This document shows positions 36,954-47,774 of a stretch of DNA of 64,000 nt, piece by piece. Source of the stretch: an uncultured Candidatus Saccharibacteria bacterium (GTDB taxonomy: Bacteria > Patescibacteriota > Minisyncoccia > Phycocordibacterales > Zambryskibacteraceae). The position numbers and the translations under genes are program-made. Numbering within the stretch: the first letter of the stretch is position 1; every line of letters starts with the position of its first letter. The notes under the pieces are model-generated. The model was not told the origin of the DNA. It ran no database searches and saw only the letters and a program-made list of their open reading frames with translations. The stretch is from the NCBI GenBank assembly GCA_964509605.1, contig CAZDXF010000002.1:89514-153513 (forward strand). The letters are read 5' to 3'.

Positions 36954-38801
36954 TTATACTCCCAAAACGACAGGTATTACTATTGGCCTTTTTGCTGTTT
37001 TTTGAAATAAGAACTTCCCCACTTCATCTGATATGTTGTTTTTAACATAATCAAAGTTTATCGGATTCATTCCTGCTGTTGTTTTTTCTACAGACCTTTT
37101 TATCACATTCCTTGCTTGCTGTAGAAGCTCTTGAGACTCTCTTAGATAAACAAACCCTCTTGAAATAATGTCGGGGGATTTTTTGAGTTTGCCAGTTTTT
37201 ACATCAATGGAAGCTATGATTACAAACATTCCGTCTTCAGCCAGCATTTTTCTATCTCTCATTACGACTTCTTGCACTCCACCGATTGAGAAGCCATCAA
37301 CCATTACATCTTCAGATGGCGCCTTTTCTTTCAAAACTTTTATAGACTTTCCTTCATTGCCAATTTCTATAATGCTTCCGTTGTCAGGAATTATTATATT
37401 TTCTTTCGGCACACCTAAAGTTCGTGCAAGTTCTGCGTGTTGTCGGAGCATATAGTGATGACCGTGAAGTGGCATAAAAAATCGGTAAGGAATTTGCTGG
37501 TGAATCCACTTCAACTCGTCTCTGTTTCCGTGACCACTAGCATGGATATCAGAATCTAAATAAGTAATTATTTTTGCGCCAGATCTATAAAGGTTATCTT
37601 TGAGTTTGATAACCATATTGTAGTTGGTCGGGATTATTGAAGAAGACAAAAGAACTGTGTCATTTTCTCTCAACTGGACTTTCTTGTGTCCCTTATTAGC
37701 TATTCTCATGAGAGCCGCAAACTCTTCTCCTTGGGCTCCTGTTACCAGCATTACAATTTTGTCCGGAGGATAATTGTCCATCTCTTCAACTGGAACTACA
37801 TTTTTTGTTTCTACCAGCTTCAAGTGTTTTATGATTTCAAGGTTTGTTTTCATACTGCGACCTTCAACTACAACTTTTTTACCGTATCTATCGGCAGCTT
37901 TAACTATTGCAATGATGCGCTCAACTTGGGAAGCAAATGTTCCGATTATTAGTCTGCCAGGAACATCTTTCACAAATTTTTCTATGTTTTTTATAACTAC
38001 ACTTTCAGACAAAGAAAAACCAGGTTTTTCAATTGAAGTAGAGTCCATTGTCAAAAGCAGAGCTTCTTTTCCTTTGAATTGTTTGTATTGCTCTATTTCT
38101 TCTTCAGTCGGCACTCCTTCTATATTGTCCACTCTGACATCTTCAATAAAAACTATTTCTCCATAAGGGGTTTCAACAACAAGTCCCATTGAGTCTGGAA
38201 TTGTGTGCGAAATTGGAAATGTTCTGACTTTGAGAGATCCACAAGTTATTCTTTCTGGTCCTTCTATTACTCTGATGTCCAGTTTTTTTAAGTGAGGAAA
38301 TTCTTCCTGTCTTTTCGTAACCATTATCGCTCCAAACTGCCTCGTATATATTGGCGGGTATCCTATGCGGTCTATTATGTATGGAATCGCTCCAATGTGG
38401 TCCAAGTGCCCATGTGTAATAAAAAGAGCCCTTATTTTTTCCTGTCTTTCCTCAAGATATCTTGTATTCGGAAGAATATAATCTATGCCCGGAGTGCTTT
38501 CTTCTCTAAATTGGAAACCAGCATCAATGACAATGATGTCATCTTTGTATTCGATGATTGTCATGTTTCGTCCGATTTCTTCAACACCTCCCAAAGGGAT
38601 TATTCTTATATTTTCTCCAGGCGGAGGTATTTTTATACTAGTTTCATTTTTACCTCTCCTGTCTTCAAAAGCGGAACCACCAGATCTTGTCCTTGGGGGT
38701 TTTCTAAATTGTGATGGTCTTCTTGGCCCCATTCTTCTGCCTGCTGGTCTCTGTGAGTTGGGTCTTCTGTTTAAGCCACCTGTCGGTTTGTTTTCTGTCA
38801 T
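36954..38801 (-). CDS. rnj: Ribonuclease J (metallo-beta-lactamase/beta-CASP) with Arg/Pro-rich N-terminal extension
   Basis: HGHLDHIGA zinc motif, beta-CASP region, RNase J C-terminal domain; first ~65 aa are R/P/G-rich low complexity. Confidence 0.8.
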   Translation of the reverse strand: MTENKPTGGLNRRPNSQRPAGRRMGPRRPSQFRKPPRTRSGGSAFEDRRGKNETSIKIPPPGENIRIIPLGGVEEIGRNMTIIEYKDDIIVIDAGFQFREESTPGIDYILPNTRYLEERQEKIRALFITHGHLDHIGAIPYIIDRIGYPPIYTRQFGAIMVTKRQEEFPHLKKLDIRVIEGPERITCGSLKVRTFPISHTIPDSMGLVVETPYGEIVFIEDVRVDNIEGVPTEEEIEQYKQFKGKEALLLTMDSTSIEKPGFSLSESVVIKNIEKFVKDVPGRLIIGTFASQVERIIAIVKAADRYGKKVVVEGRSMKTNLEIIKHLKLVETKNVVPVEEMDNYPPDKIVMLVTGAQGEEFAALMRIANKGHKKVQLRENDTVLLSSSIIPTNYNMVIKLKDNLYRSGAKIITYLDSDIHASGHGNRDELKWIHQQIPYRFFMPLHGHHYMLRQHAELARTLGVPKENIIIPDNGSIIEIGNEGKSIKVLKEKAPSEDVMVDGFSIGGVQEVVMRDRKMLAEDGMFVIIASIDVKTGKLKKSPDIISRGFVYLRESQELLQQARNVIKRSVEKTTAGMNPINFDYVKNNISDEVGKFLFQKTAKRPIVIPVVLGV

Positions 38802-38818
38802 GTTTAATTAATTATTTT

Positions 38819-40564
38819 TTATCTTGCAAATATTTTCCAAACTTTACTTGTTTCTATAAACCACTGATGAACATTAGAAAATCTTTCACTTGGTATTGTC
38901 AGTTTACTCAATTGCACATTTCCGATTTTTTCCGGCAATAAGTACAGGAAGTGAGGAGAATAAACAAAAACCGCCGGTTTATCATTTCTAACTTCTTGAG
39001 CAAAGGATTCAAGAGCGCTTTTTCTAACTTCAGTATCGTTGGTGGACCTCAGATCCTCTAACGCTTTGTCTGCAACATTGTTTACATATACCGCAATGTT
39101 GAGGCCGGGATCATTCCTTTGCGAAGAGTGCCAAAATGGATACAAATCAAGATCTCTGCCGATTACCTCTCCGAAAAACAGAGCATCATATCTTCTTGGT
39201 CTTATTACATTTTGGTTTAGATCGCCTGTTTCAAATATTTGTATATCAACTCTTGCTCCGAGCTCTTCCCACTGTCTTTTTATTTCTTCCACAGCTCTTT
39301 TTAGTTCTGGAGAGTCTCCTGTAGATATTGAGAACGATAGAGATGCGCTGTCTGTCTTGGTTTTCTTTTCATACATATTTGTTGAAGTAGAAAACTCCCA
39401 ACCATTTCTTTCTAAAATGTCTCTTGCTTCTTGAATGCGATCTGTCTCTCCTGCGGTTTCTTCTTCGGTTTGAGAGTCAAATGGCATTGGGCTTTCAATT
39501 GATTCGCCAAAACCAAAAAGCACTGCGTCAATAATCTTGTCTTTATCCAGTGCTGTATTTAGAGCAGATCTAACTTCTATATTTGTAAATACAGACGCTT
39601 GATTGTGGTTGAAAAATACACCAAAGATTCTCGGTAGCAAAACAGTTTCTACTCTTTTGCCAGAATTTTTTAGTTCCAGCATGTTCTCTGGAGATAGTCC
39701 GTTTAGGCTATCAACACTTTTCTTTTTAAAAGCGTTTGTTAGTTCCTTCTCATTCTGGAAAAACATTAGTTTAATTTTTGATATAAAGGGTTCTCCCAAA
39801 GCATAATCTTTGAATGGGCCAAGCTCATACTCTACAGGTATCCCTCCGGAGTTTTTCTTCATTGATTTTATTTTGTATGGTCCAGAGCCTATTGGTTCTA
39901 TATTGTATTGACTGAAAGAAAATTCGTCTGAAGTGGCGTTTTTCCAAATATGTTTTGGCAATATTCCTAGGGTTGTATTCTCTAAAAATGGGGAATAGGG
40001 CTGTTTTAATATAAAACGAATTTCTCTGGAATCTATTTTTTCTATAGCAACACCTTCCCAGTTTCCTCTTCTCGGACTTTTGAGAGATGGGTCCTGGGCT
40101 TTTGTTATTGTAAATTCGACATCGTCTGCTGTTAATGGTTTACCGTCATGAAATTTTAAATCAGATTTAAGTTTGAATGTGTAAACAAGTCCGTCTTCCG
40201 ATACTTCATAGTTTTCTGCTAGGTCTTCTATAAGATATCCGTCGGGTCCCAGCTTCATTAGTCCAGAGTAGACAATGGCCGTCATGTCCCTATCAGCGTC
40301 TGATATGGAAAGAAGCGGGTTTATAAATCTTGGCGTTCCAACCACTCCCTCCACAAGACCACCACCCTTTTGAGGAATTTCAACTAAAAAGTTCTCGTTT
40401 ACTTTCCAAAGCATAAAAACTGCGCTTATGATGAAAAGTGCAGACAAAGAAAAAAATATCAATTTTTCAGTAGGTGAAAAATTTTTTAACACTTCTGAAA
40501 CAGATCTTTCTCCAGGAATAGAAAAACGCTTGCTGGAGAATTTCTTCAGGAAATCTTTATTCAC
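38819..40564 (-). CDS. ABC transporter substrate-binding protein (family 5, peptide/nickel type)
   Basis: N-terminal TM anchor; SBP_bac_5-like length and motifs. Confidence 0.65.
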   Translation of the reverse strand: MNKDFLKKFSSKRFSIPGERSVSEVLKNFSPTEKLIFFSLSALFIISAVFMLWKVNENFLVEIPQKGGGLVEGVVGTPRFINPLLSISDADRDMTAIVYSGLMKLGPDGYLIEDLAENYEVSEDGLVYTFKLKSDLKFHDGKPLTADDVEFTITKAQDPSLKSPRRGNWEGVAIEKIDSREIRFILKQPYSPFLENTTLGILPKHIWKNATSDEFSFSQYNIEPIGSGPYKIKSMKKNSGGIPVEYELGPFKDYALGEPFISKIKLMFFQNEKELTNAFKKKSVDSLNGLSPENMLELKNSGKRVETVLLPRIFGVFFNHNQASVFTNIEVRSALNTALDKDKIIDAVLFGFGESIESPMPFDSQTEEETAGETDRIQEARDILERNGWEFSTSTNMYEKKTKTDSASLSFSISTGDSPELKRAVEEIKRQWEELGARVDIQIFETGDLNQNVIRPRRYDALFFGEVIGRDLDLYPFWHSSQRNDPGLNIAVYVNNVADKALEDLRSTNDTEVRKSALESFAQEVRNDKPAVFVYSPHFLYLLPEKIGNVQLSKLTIPSERFSNVHQWFIETSKVWKIFAR

Positions 40565-40597
40565 GATTGTTAGTTATTTTAGAAACTTCTTAAAGTT

Positions 40598-40834
40598 TTA
40601 GAGTATTAGCGTGATGAACGCAGAAAGTGCAAAGAGTATTGCTAATGCTATCGTAATTCTAAAAAGTACTTTTTCTGCTCCTCTTCTTGCGTAGTTGCCA
40701 GAGCTAAATCCATCTCCACCACCAAAAGCTCCGCCTAGGCCAGCTTCTGATCTTTGCAAAAGAATGCCCCCAATTAGGAGGACAGCTAGAGCAATTTGGA
40801 TATAAGGCAAAATGCCAGAAATACTCATTGGCAT
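40598..40834 (-). CDS. secG: Preprotein translocase subunit SecG
   Basis: 78 aa, two TM helices with a Gly-rich linker (GLGGAFGGGDGFSSG). Confidence 0.7.
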   Translation of the reverse strand: MPMSISGILPYIQIALAVLLIGGILLQRSEAGLGGAFGGGDGFSSGNYARRGAEKVLFRITIALAILFALSAFITLIL

Positions 40835-41002
40835 ATAGTATACATTTTATTTTTTAATAAGCAATGGTCGGAAATAGGCGGATTTGTAGCTATTTTTGGG
40901 TCCTTTTTAACCTATTGACAAAAAATATAGATTTGGTATAATGAAAGGTAGAAGTTCGTCGCAGTTTAATTCCAATCAGCCCCTCGGGGCAAGGAGGACA
41001 GT

Positions 41003-41689
41003 ATGGCAAAGCAGGACAACCGCGGTTTCATCCTTGACGGCATCAGCCGTCTCCTCGCTCTCTTGCAGAGCGAGGTGCAGTACGCCACGGAGCTCGTCGG
41101 CTTCGTGGTCAAGGACGATCTCCTCCAGAGGTTGGAGGTCGTCCAGCGCTTCGAGCGCCACCTCTCCGATATTTCGGAGTGGTGGCAGCTCCCCGAAGGC
41201 CGTCTCAAGGACGCCTTCGCGGAGATCGAGAGTGTTCTGGGTGGCTTTCGGGCCACTCAGATGGGGTACCTCCGTAAGGCGGTGCCCTGGATGCTCACAG
41301 AGCGCCTGAAGGCGCTTCGTGGGCAGGCGTGGTTCTCCTATCGGCGAGCACAGGATCTCGCCGACGGGCTGGAGAGGTACATCTATCTCTCCAAAGGTTC
41401 GTCCCTTGCGGAGCTTCGCTCAAGCTACATCGATCTCGAGCGGAAGTTTTCCTCGGCGGAGGATCCCTCCACTGAAGAGCGGATTCATGCGGTCATGGAT
41501 TCGACTCCGGCCAGCCCTCGTCCTGACCGTAAGCGCGACAAGCGTTTGCGGGACCAGGCTCTTCGGCAGGAGCTGAAGGGTCCCGGTGGTTCCAAGCCCC
41601 AGAGGGGCTCGAATCCGAAGACCGTTGCCAAGCGCGAGCGCAAGCTCGCTCAGGTGAAGGGGAAGAAGGTTCGTCAGGCGACTGCCTGA
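41003..41689 (+). CDS. Hypothetical GC-rich (about 60% GC) charged coiled-coil protein, likely horizontally acquired
   Basis: Strong SD GGGGCAAGGAGG 6 nt upstream. GC content and codon usage unlike the flanking secG/groES. Basic C-terminal tail. Confidence 0.55.
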   Translation: MAKQDNRGFILDGISRLLALLQSEVQYATELVGFVVKDDLLQRLEVVQRFERHLSDISEWWQLPEGRLKDAFAEIESVLGGFRATQMGYLRKAVPWMLTERLKALRGQAWFSYRRAQDLADGLERYIYLSKGSSLAELRSSYIDLERKFSSAEDPSTEERIHAVMDSTPASPRPDRKRDKRLRDQALRQELKGPGGSKPQRGSNPKTVAKRERKLAQVKGKKVRQATA

Positions 41690-41707
41690 CGGGAACTGCA
41701 GAAGATT

Positions 41708-41740
41708 AGCGCGGAGAGGTTCACACCTCCCGCGCTTTTT
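41708..41740 (+). terminator. Rho-independent terminator
   Basis: AGCGCGGAG...CTCCCGCGCT followed by TTTTT. Confidence 0.6.
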
Positions 41741-41827
41741 GCTTGGAAACTTTTCTTTTGCACAAAGATATGTAAAATATTGGCACAAATATTATTAATA
41801 GAGTAATCGTGTTAGACTTGGATACTT

Positions 41828-42154
41828 ATGAAAAAGAAAACATCAAAACAAGTACAAAAAACACCGATTTCTCCTCTAGGAGACAGAGTTCTTATAAAGG
41901 AGGTGAAAGAAAAAGAAAGCCAAGGAAGGACTGATTCTGGAATTTATCTTCCTGAAACGGCAAAAGAAGATCGTGGAGCAAAAAAGGGTGAAGTCGTTGC
42001 TGTTGGCTCTGGAAGATACGAAGATGGAAAACTTATTCCTCCGACAGTTAAAGTGGGCGACAGAGTTCTTTTCCAATGGGGAGATAGCTTTTCATATAAA
42101 GGGGAAGACTATGTAGTTGTCCGTGAAAGCGAAATAATCGCAATTATCAGCTAA
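41828..42154 (+). CDS. groES: Co-chaperonin GroES
   Basis: ISPLGDRVLIKEV mobile-loop region, GroES fold; immediately upstream of groEL. Confidence 0.85.
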   Translation: MKKKTSKQVQKTPISPLGDRVLIKEVKEKESQGRTDSGIYLPETAKEDRGAKKGEVVAVGSGRYEDGKLIPPTVKVGDRVLFQWGDSFSYKGEDYVVVRESEIIAIIS

Positions 42155-42159
42155 CTTAA

Positions 42160-43797
<1,638 letters not shown>

Positions 43798-43812
43798 ATT
43801 TGAAATGAATTA

Positions 43813-43846
43813 GCCCCCGCTCCGGTATAACGGAGCGGGGGCTTTT
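43813..43846. terminator. Rho-independent terminator (bidirectional)
   Basis: GCCCCCGCTCCG-gtataa-CGGAGCGGGGGC followed by TTTT. Confidence 0.8.
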
Positions 43847-43847
43847 C

Positions 43848-43994
43848 TCACTTCGCGATATGCCCGATCGCTTGGCCAAGCAAGAAAGCCAAGCAGGCAA
43901 ACACAAGCAAACCAAGTGCAAGTAGGCCGAGAATAGAAGGCCAGTTTTGCACAATCCGGAAAAACTCTGATCGGACGAGCCTCCATGTGCTCAT
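43848..43994 (-). CDS. Possible small hydrophobic membrane peptide (about 48 aa)
   Basis: MSTWRLVRSEFFRIVQNWPSILGLLALGLLVFACLAFLLGQAIGHIAK; GAGGAGA SD-like sequence upstream; locally GC-rich. Confidence 0.3.
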   Translation of the reverse strand: MSTWRLVRSEFFRIVQNWPSILGLLALGLLVFACLAFLLGQAIGHIAK

Positions 43995-44132
43995 AGACAA
44001 CATAGTCTCCTCGGGTGGAAAGTTTTTGATTAAGTCCACTCACAACTATAACACACTTTATCTTTTTATTCAAATTATACGATAATAGTTTTTTTGTGCT
44101 AAAATCTAATTAAGTCTAATTTTTTAAAAAAT

Positions 44133-44687
44133 ATGTATATAATCATTGGAATTTTAGCGGTACTTGTTTTGTGGGCGATATTTGCTTACAACAAATTTAT
44201 CCGCCTTACAAACCGCGCAAAAGAAGCTTGGGCAGATATTGATGTTCAGCTAAAGCGTCGATACGATCTCATCCCAAACTTGGTGAATACTGTAAAGGGT
44301 TATGCTACTCACGAGCAGACAGCTTTTGAAAATGTTACGAAAGCAAGAAGCATGGCAATAGGCGCGCAGAGTTTGGAAGAAAAGGGGAAAGCGGAAAATA
44401 TGCTGACAGGAGCACTGAAGTCTCTTTTCGCTGTTGCTGAAGCCTATCCTGATTTGAAAGCCAATCAAAACTTTCTTGAACTTCAGCGTGAGCTTTCTGA
44501 TACGGAAAATAAAATTCAGGCAGCCCGCAGGTTTTACAACACAAATGTGCGCGATCTAAACACTGGAGTAGAATCTTTTCCTGCAAACATAATTGCTGGA
44601 ATATTTAGATTTGCAAAAATGGAATTTTTCCAACTTGAAGAAGGGGATGCCGCAGCTCGCAATCCAGTTGAAGTAAAGTTCAACTAG
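44133..44687 (+). CDS. lemA: LemA-family protein
   Basis: N-terminal TM plus conserved LemA core (AWADIDVQLKRRYDLIPNLV). Confidence 0.8.
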   Translation: MYIIIGILAVLVLWAIFAYNKFIRLTNRAKEAWADIDVQLKRRYDLIPNLVNTVKGYATHEQTAFENVTKARSMAIGAQSLEEKGKAENMLTGALKSLFAVAEAYPDLKANQNFLELQRELSDTENKIQAARRFYNTNVRDLNTGVESFPANIIAGIFRFAKMEFFQLEEGDAAARNPVEVKFN

Positions 44688-44728
44688 TTCAGATTTCTAG
44701 GTTTTAGGTTTTAGCTGGTGATTAAAAT

Positions 44729-45643
44729 ATGACTGGCAATATTTATTCTCAACAGGATGCAAATGTGAGAAAAACTTGGTTTTTTGTGTCCTCGTTTTTT
44801 GTTCTTGTCGTACTTGTTGGCTGGGTGTTTAGTCTATATTGGGGTGATTCTAGTATTTTGTATATCTTTGTTTTTTTTGCTGTGTTTATGAACATTTTCA
44901 GCTATTGGTTTTCCGACAAAATAGTTCTCAAAATGCACAAAGCTAAACCCGTGACTCGCGAAGAGCATTTTGACCTTTGGAATATTACAGAAAATTTAGC
45001 AATTACAGCAGGACTTCCAATGCCAAAGCTCTATATTATAGAAGACTCTTCTCCAAATGCATTTGCTACAGGCAGAAACAAGGAGAATGCTGTCGTAGCT
45101 GTTACAACAGGACTTTTGGGAATCTTGGATCGATCTGAAATTGAAGGTGTAATAGCTCACGAGCTTGCTCATATCGGAAACAAAGATATGTTGCTCTCTA
45201 CTCTCGTGGTTGTGATGGTCGGTTTTATAACCCTACTTTCAGATTTCTTTTTGCGTTCAGCTAGATTTGGAGGTGATAGCCGTGGAAAAGCCGGACAAAT
45301 TCAAGCTGTGGTTTTAATAGCGGGAATTGTTTTGGCCATTCTTTCTCCGCTCATAGCTAAGCTTATACAGTTGGCAATTTCAAGAAAAAGAGAGTTTTTA
45401 GCAGATGCATCTGGCGCATTACTTACTCGCTATCCAGAAGGTTTGGCAAATGCATTGCGAAAGATAAGCTCTGCACCGGTGAATATGAGGACGGCAAATC
45501 ATGCAACAGCTCATCTTTTTATATCAAGTCCGTTTAGTGGAGGAAAAAAGGAAGGTTTTTTGACAAAACTTTTTATGACACACCCGCCAACAGAAGAAAG
45601 AATTCAAGCTTTACTTGGCCAACAAAAAAATGAGCAATATTAA
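44729..45643 (+). CDS. htpX: HtpX-like M48 zinc metalloprotease
   Basis: HELAHIGN (HEXXH) zinc site, 4 TM; conserved lemA-htpX pairing. Confidence 0.8.
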   Translation: MTGNIYSQQDANVRKTWFFVSSFFVLVVLVGWVFSLYWGDSSILYIFVFFAVFMNIFSYWFSDKIVLKMHKAKPVTREEHFDLWNITENLAITAGLPMPKLYIIEDSSPNAFATGRNKENAVVAVTTGLLGILDRSEIEGVIAHELAHIGNKDMLLSTLVVVMVGFITLLSDFFLRSARFGGDSRGKAGQIQAVVLIAGIVLAILSPLIAKLIQLAISRKREFLADASGALLTRYPEGLANALRKISSAPVNMRTANHATAHLFISSPFSGGKKEGFLTKLFMTHPPTEERIQALLGQQKNEQY

Positions 45644-45751
45644 AATGCTTCTCGTCCCGTACGAAAAAGATCGCTTACGCACAACATTCTAACATTCTTG
45701 AGAATGTTAGAATGTTGTTGTGAATGGGTGACGGATTGATAAAATAAAAAA

Positions 45752-46339
45752 ATGGAAAAAGAAGAACTGGAAAAAAGAGTGGCTGAGCTTGAAGCGGAAG
45801 TTTTGAGACTTGAAAAAGATTTGATTCACGATTATTTGACTGGTCTTAAAACTAGAAAATTTTTTGAAGAAGAGGCAGAAATGTATTTGGATGCCGTTTC
45901 TAGATCGGAGGATTCCAGAAGACGACAATGGTTTGGTTTTAGAAATGTTAGCGTAATTATTTTTGACACGGATTATTTCAAAAAAGTAAACGATACATAC
46001 GGGCATTTGGTGGGAGATGAAGTTTTGAAAGTAGTTTCGGAAACGATTGAAAAGTCTCTTCGAGAAGGGGACACTGCATCTCGTTGGGGAGGTGAAGAGA
46101 TCGCGGTGCTTTTGCTAGGAGCGAATGAAAATGATGCGATAGCAAAAGCAAATGAGATACGCGAAGAGATTTCAGAATTAAAATTTTCAGTTTCTGATTT
46201 ACAAATTACGACTTCAGCCGGAGTAGCGTCTTCTGAAAAAGGTATTACTCTGACAGAGCTTATTGATAGAGCAGACAAGGCACTTTATAAAGCAAAAGAA
46301 TCTGGAAGAAATAAAGTTGTAGGGTACTCGCAAATATAA
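45752..46339 (+). CDS. GGDEF-domain protein (putative diguanylate cyclase) with N-terminal coiled coil
   Basis: GGEEI active-site variant (WGGEEIAVLL), RxxD-like region, FDTDYFKKVNDTYGH. Confidence 0.7.
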   Translation: MEKEELEKRVAELEAEVLRLEKDLIHDYLTGLKTRKFFEEEAEMYLDAVSRSEDSRRRQWFGFRNVSVIIFDTDYFKKVNDTYGHLVGDEVLKVVSETIEKSLREGDTASRWGGEEIAVLLLGANENDAIAKANEIREEISELKFSVSDLQITTSAGVASSEKGITLTELIDRADKALYKAKESGRNKVVGYSQI

Positions 46340-46343
46340 AAAA

Positions 46344-46374
46344 GACGGCAGGCGCAAGGCGCCTGCCGTTTGTT
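46344..46374. terminator. Bidirectional rho-independent terminator
   Basis: GACGGCAGGCGC-aag-GCGCCTGCCGT followed by TTTGTT. Confidence 0.7.
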
Positions 46375-46390
46375 CTGCACTTCTTCTTCA

Positions 46391-46897
46391 TCACCCTCCG
46401 CGACAAGTGATCGTCGCGGAGGAACTCACCTGGAACCCAGCGACAGGGTCCCAGGAAATCTCGAGCCCGAGCTCAAGGTTCTGCACGGGCCCTGAGCCCT
46501 TCGGCACCACCTTGAAAATGAAGGTTGACTGGGAGACAAAGCTCCCGTCCAACTCACTCTCATTGTGGTTTGATGCCCTCTGGATGAGGACATACTCGTT
46601 GCCGAGCACATCCTCTGCGGTTCCGCGAGCCGAATTCAGGTGCTCGCGGTAAGAGGTGGTTCCGTCGGGGTTCGTCACGAACCGGCCGACGATATGGACA
46701 TCAATCAGACCGTCCACCAGTGCGGGGCTCCCGCACATCGGCGGGAGGAAGAACGACCAGGTGTACCAGTCGCTTCTCGCCGGCTGGGCCTTTCCATTGC
46801 TGAAAGACACGCTCACCTCATCGGTGGGTGAGGTGGGCATGTCCGCGCAGGCGCTCACGAAGAGCACTGCGAGGAGAGCCAAGAGCTTCCGAAACAT
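46391..46897 (-). CDS. GC-rich (about 60%) putative lipoprotein, likely horizontally acquired
   Basis: Start at the second ATG (46897), preceded by GGGGCAAGGAGG SD. Signal peptide with lipobox LFVSAC. Confidence 0.55.
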   Translation of the reverse strand: MFRKLLALLAVLFVSACADMPTSPTDEVSVSFSNGKAQPARSDWYTWSFFLPPMCGSPALVDGLIDVHIVGRFVTNPDGTTSYREHLNSARGTAEDVLGNEYVLIQRASNHNESELDGSFVSQSTFIFKVVPKGSGPVQNLELGLEISWDPVAGFQVSSSATITCRGG

Positions 46898-47078
46898 GTT
46901 GCCTCCTTGCCCCATAGGGCGTTGTGGGTTTTACTGTACGACTAGTGCGAATATATAATATAAAAATATTTTGTCAAGCTGTTGCGGAGGGTGAGACCCG
47001 CCCGAACGACTGAATTGTTCAGTCGGGCGGGGATTCTAACTCTCGGTGGGTTTCCCCACGCCACATTTCTCCCGCCCA

Positions 47079-47166
47079 TGGCGGAGGAGACAGGATTCGA
47101 ACCTGCGGTACCTTTCGGTACACCCGCTTTCCAAGCGAGCGCATTCGACCGCTCTGCCACTCCTCC
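47079..47166 (-). tRNA. tRNA-Ser (anticodon GGA), long variable arm; CCA encoded
   Basis: Reverse complement GGAGGAG-TG-GCA...anticodon arm CTCGC-TTGGAAA-GCGGG, 17-nt variable stem-loop, T-arm CAGG-TTCGAAT-CCTG, acceptor CTCCTCC-G-CCA. Confidence 0.8.
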
Positions 47167-47371
47167 GCCATGGGCGGGATTGCAATTTACATTACAATCG
47201 CTCCGCTCTTGTGTAAATTGGGAACAATCTGGAGCACTCCCACTATGTTTACCTGTTCAGATTTTGTACTCAAAATCTGTTAGGGCGAACCTTCCTTATT
47301 TTGTTTGAAAATACTACAACAAAAGAAGGAATTTCGGAATAATCTGAAAATTTTTTTAATAGGAGTATAAT

Positions 47372-47773
47372 GTGAATATGACCAAGATTCCTAAAAATGA
47401 GGAAGAGTGGAAGAAAAAACTTTCAGAAGAAAAGTATCATATTTTGCGTGAAGGAGGTACGGAGTCTCCTTTTTCAGGAAAGTTTTTGAATTCAAAAGGA
47501 AAAGGAAAATTCAAATGTGCTGGTTGTGGTGCAAATCTTTTTTCTTCGGATGCCAAATTTGATTCGGGAACGGGGTGGCCGTCGTTTGAAGATGCTCTGC
47601 CGGGTGCTGTAGTTTTTCGTGAAGATGATAGTTTCGGAATGAAGAGGACAGAGGTTAGGTGTGCGAAATGCAAATCTCATTTGGGACACATTTTTGATGA
47701 TGGTCCAAAAGAGACGACAGGAAAAAGATATTGCATAAATTCTGTTTGTTTAGATTTTGAAAAAGAAAAATAA
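47372..47773 (+). CDS. msrB: Peptide-methionine (R)-S-oxide reductase MsrB
   Basis: Two CxxC zinc pairs plus catalytic RCAKCKSHLGHIFDDGP. Confidence 0.85.
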   Translation: MNMTKIPKNEEEWKKKLSEEKYHILREGGTESPFSGKFLNSKGKGKFKCAGCGANLFSSDAKFDSGTGWPSFEDALPGAVVFREDDSFGMKRTEVRCAKCKSHLGHIFDDGPKETTGKRYCINSVCLDFEKEK

Positions 47774-47774
47774 T

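Noticed and set aside
40966-41256. Minus-strand ORFs (40966..41256, 40976..41161) and other antisense ORFs inside GC-rich genes (e.g. 26175..26375, 46426..46611)
   Set aside because: Typical spurious open frames opposite GC-rich coding sequence; no independent start signals.
41700-41827. CIRCE (HrcA) operator upstream of groES
   Set aside because: Only a weak TTGGCAC...GTGTTAGA resemblance; no TTAGCACTC-N9-GAGTGCTAA inverted repeat.
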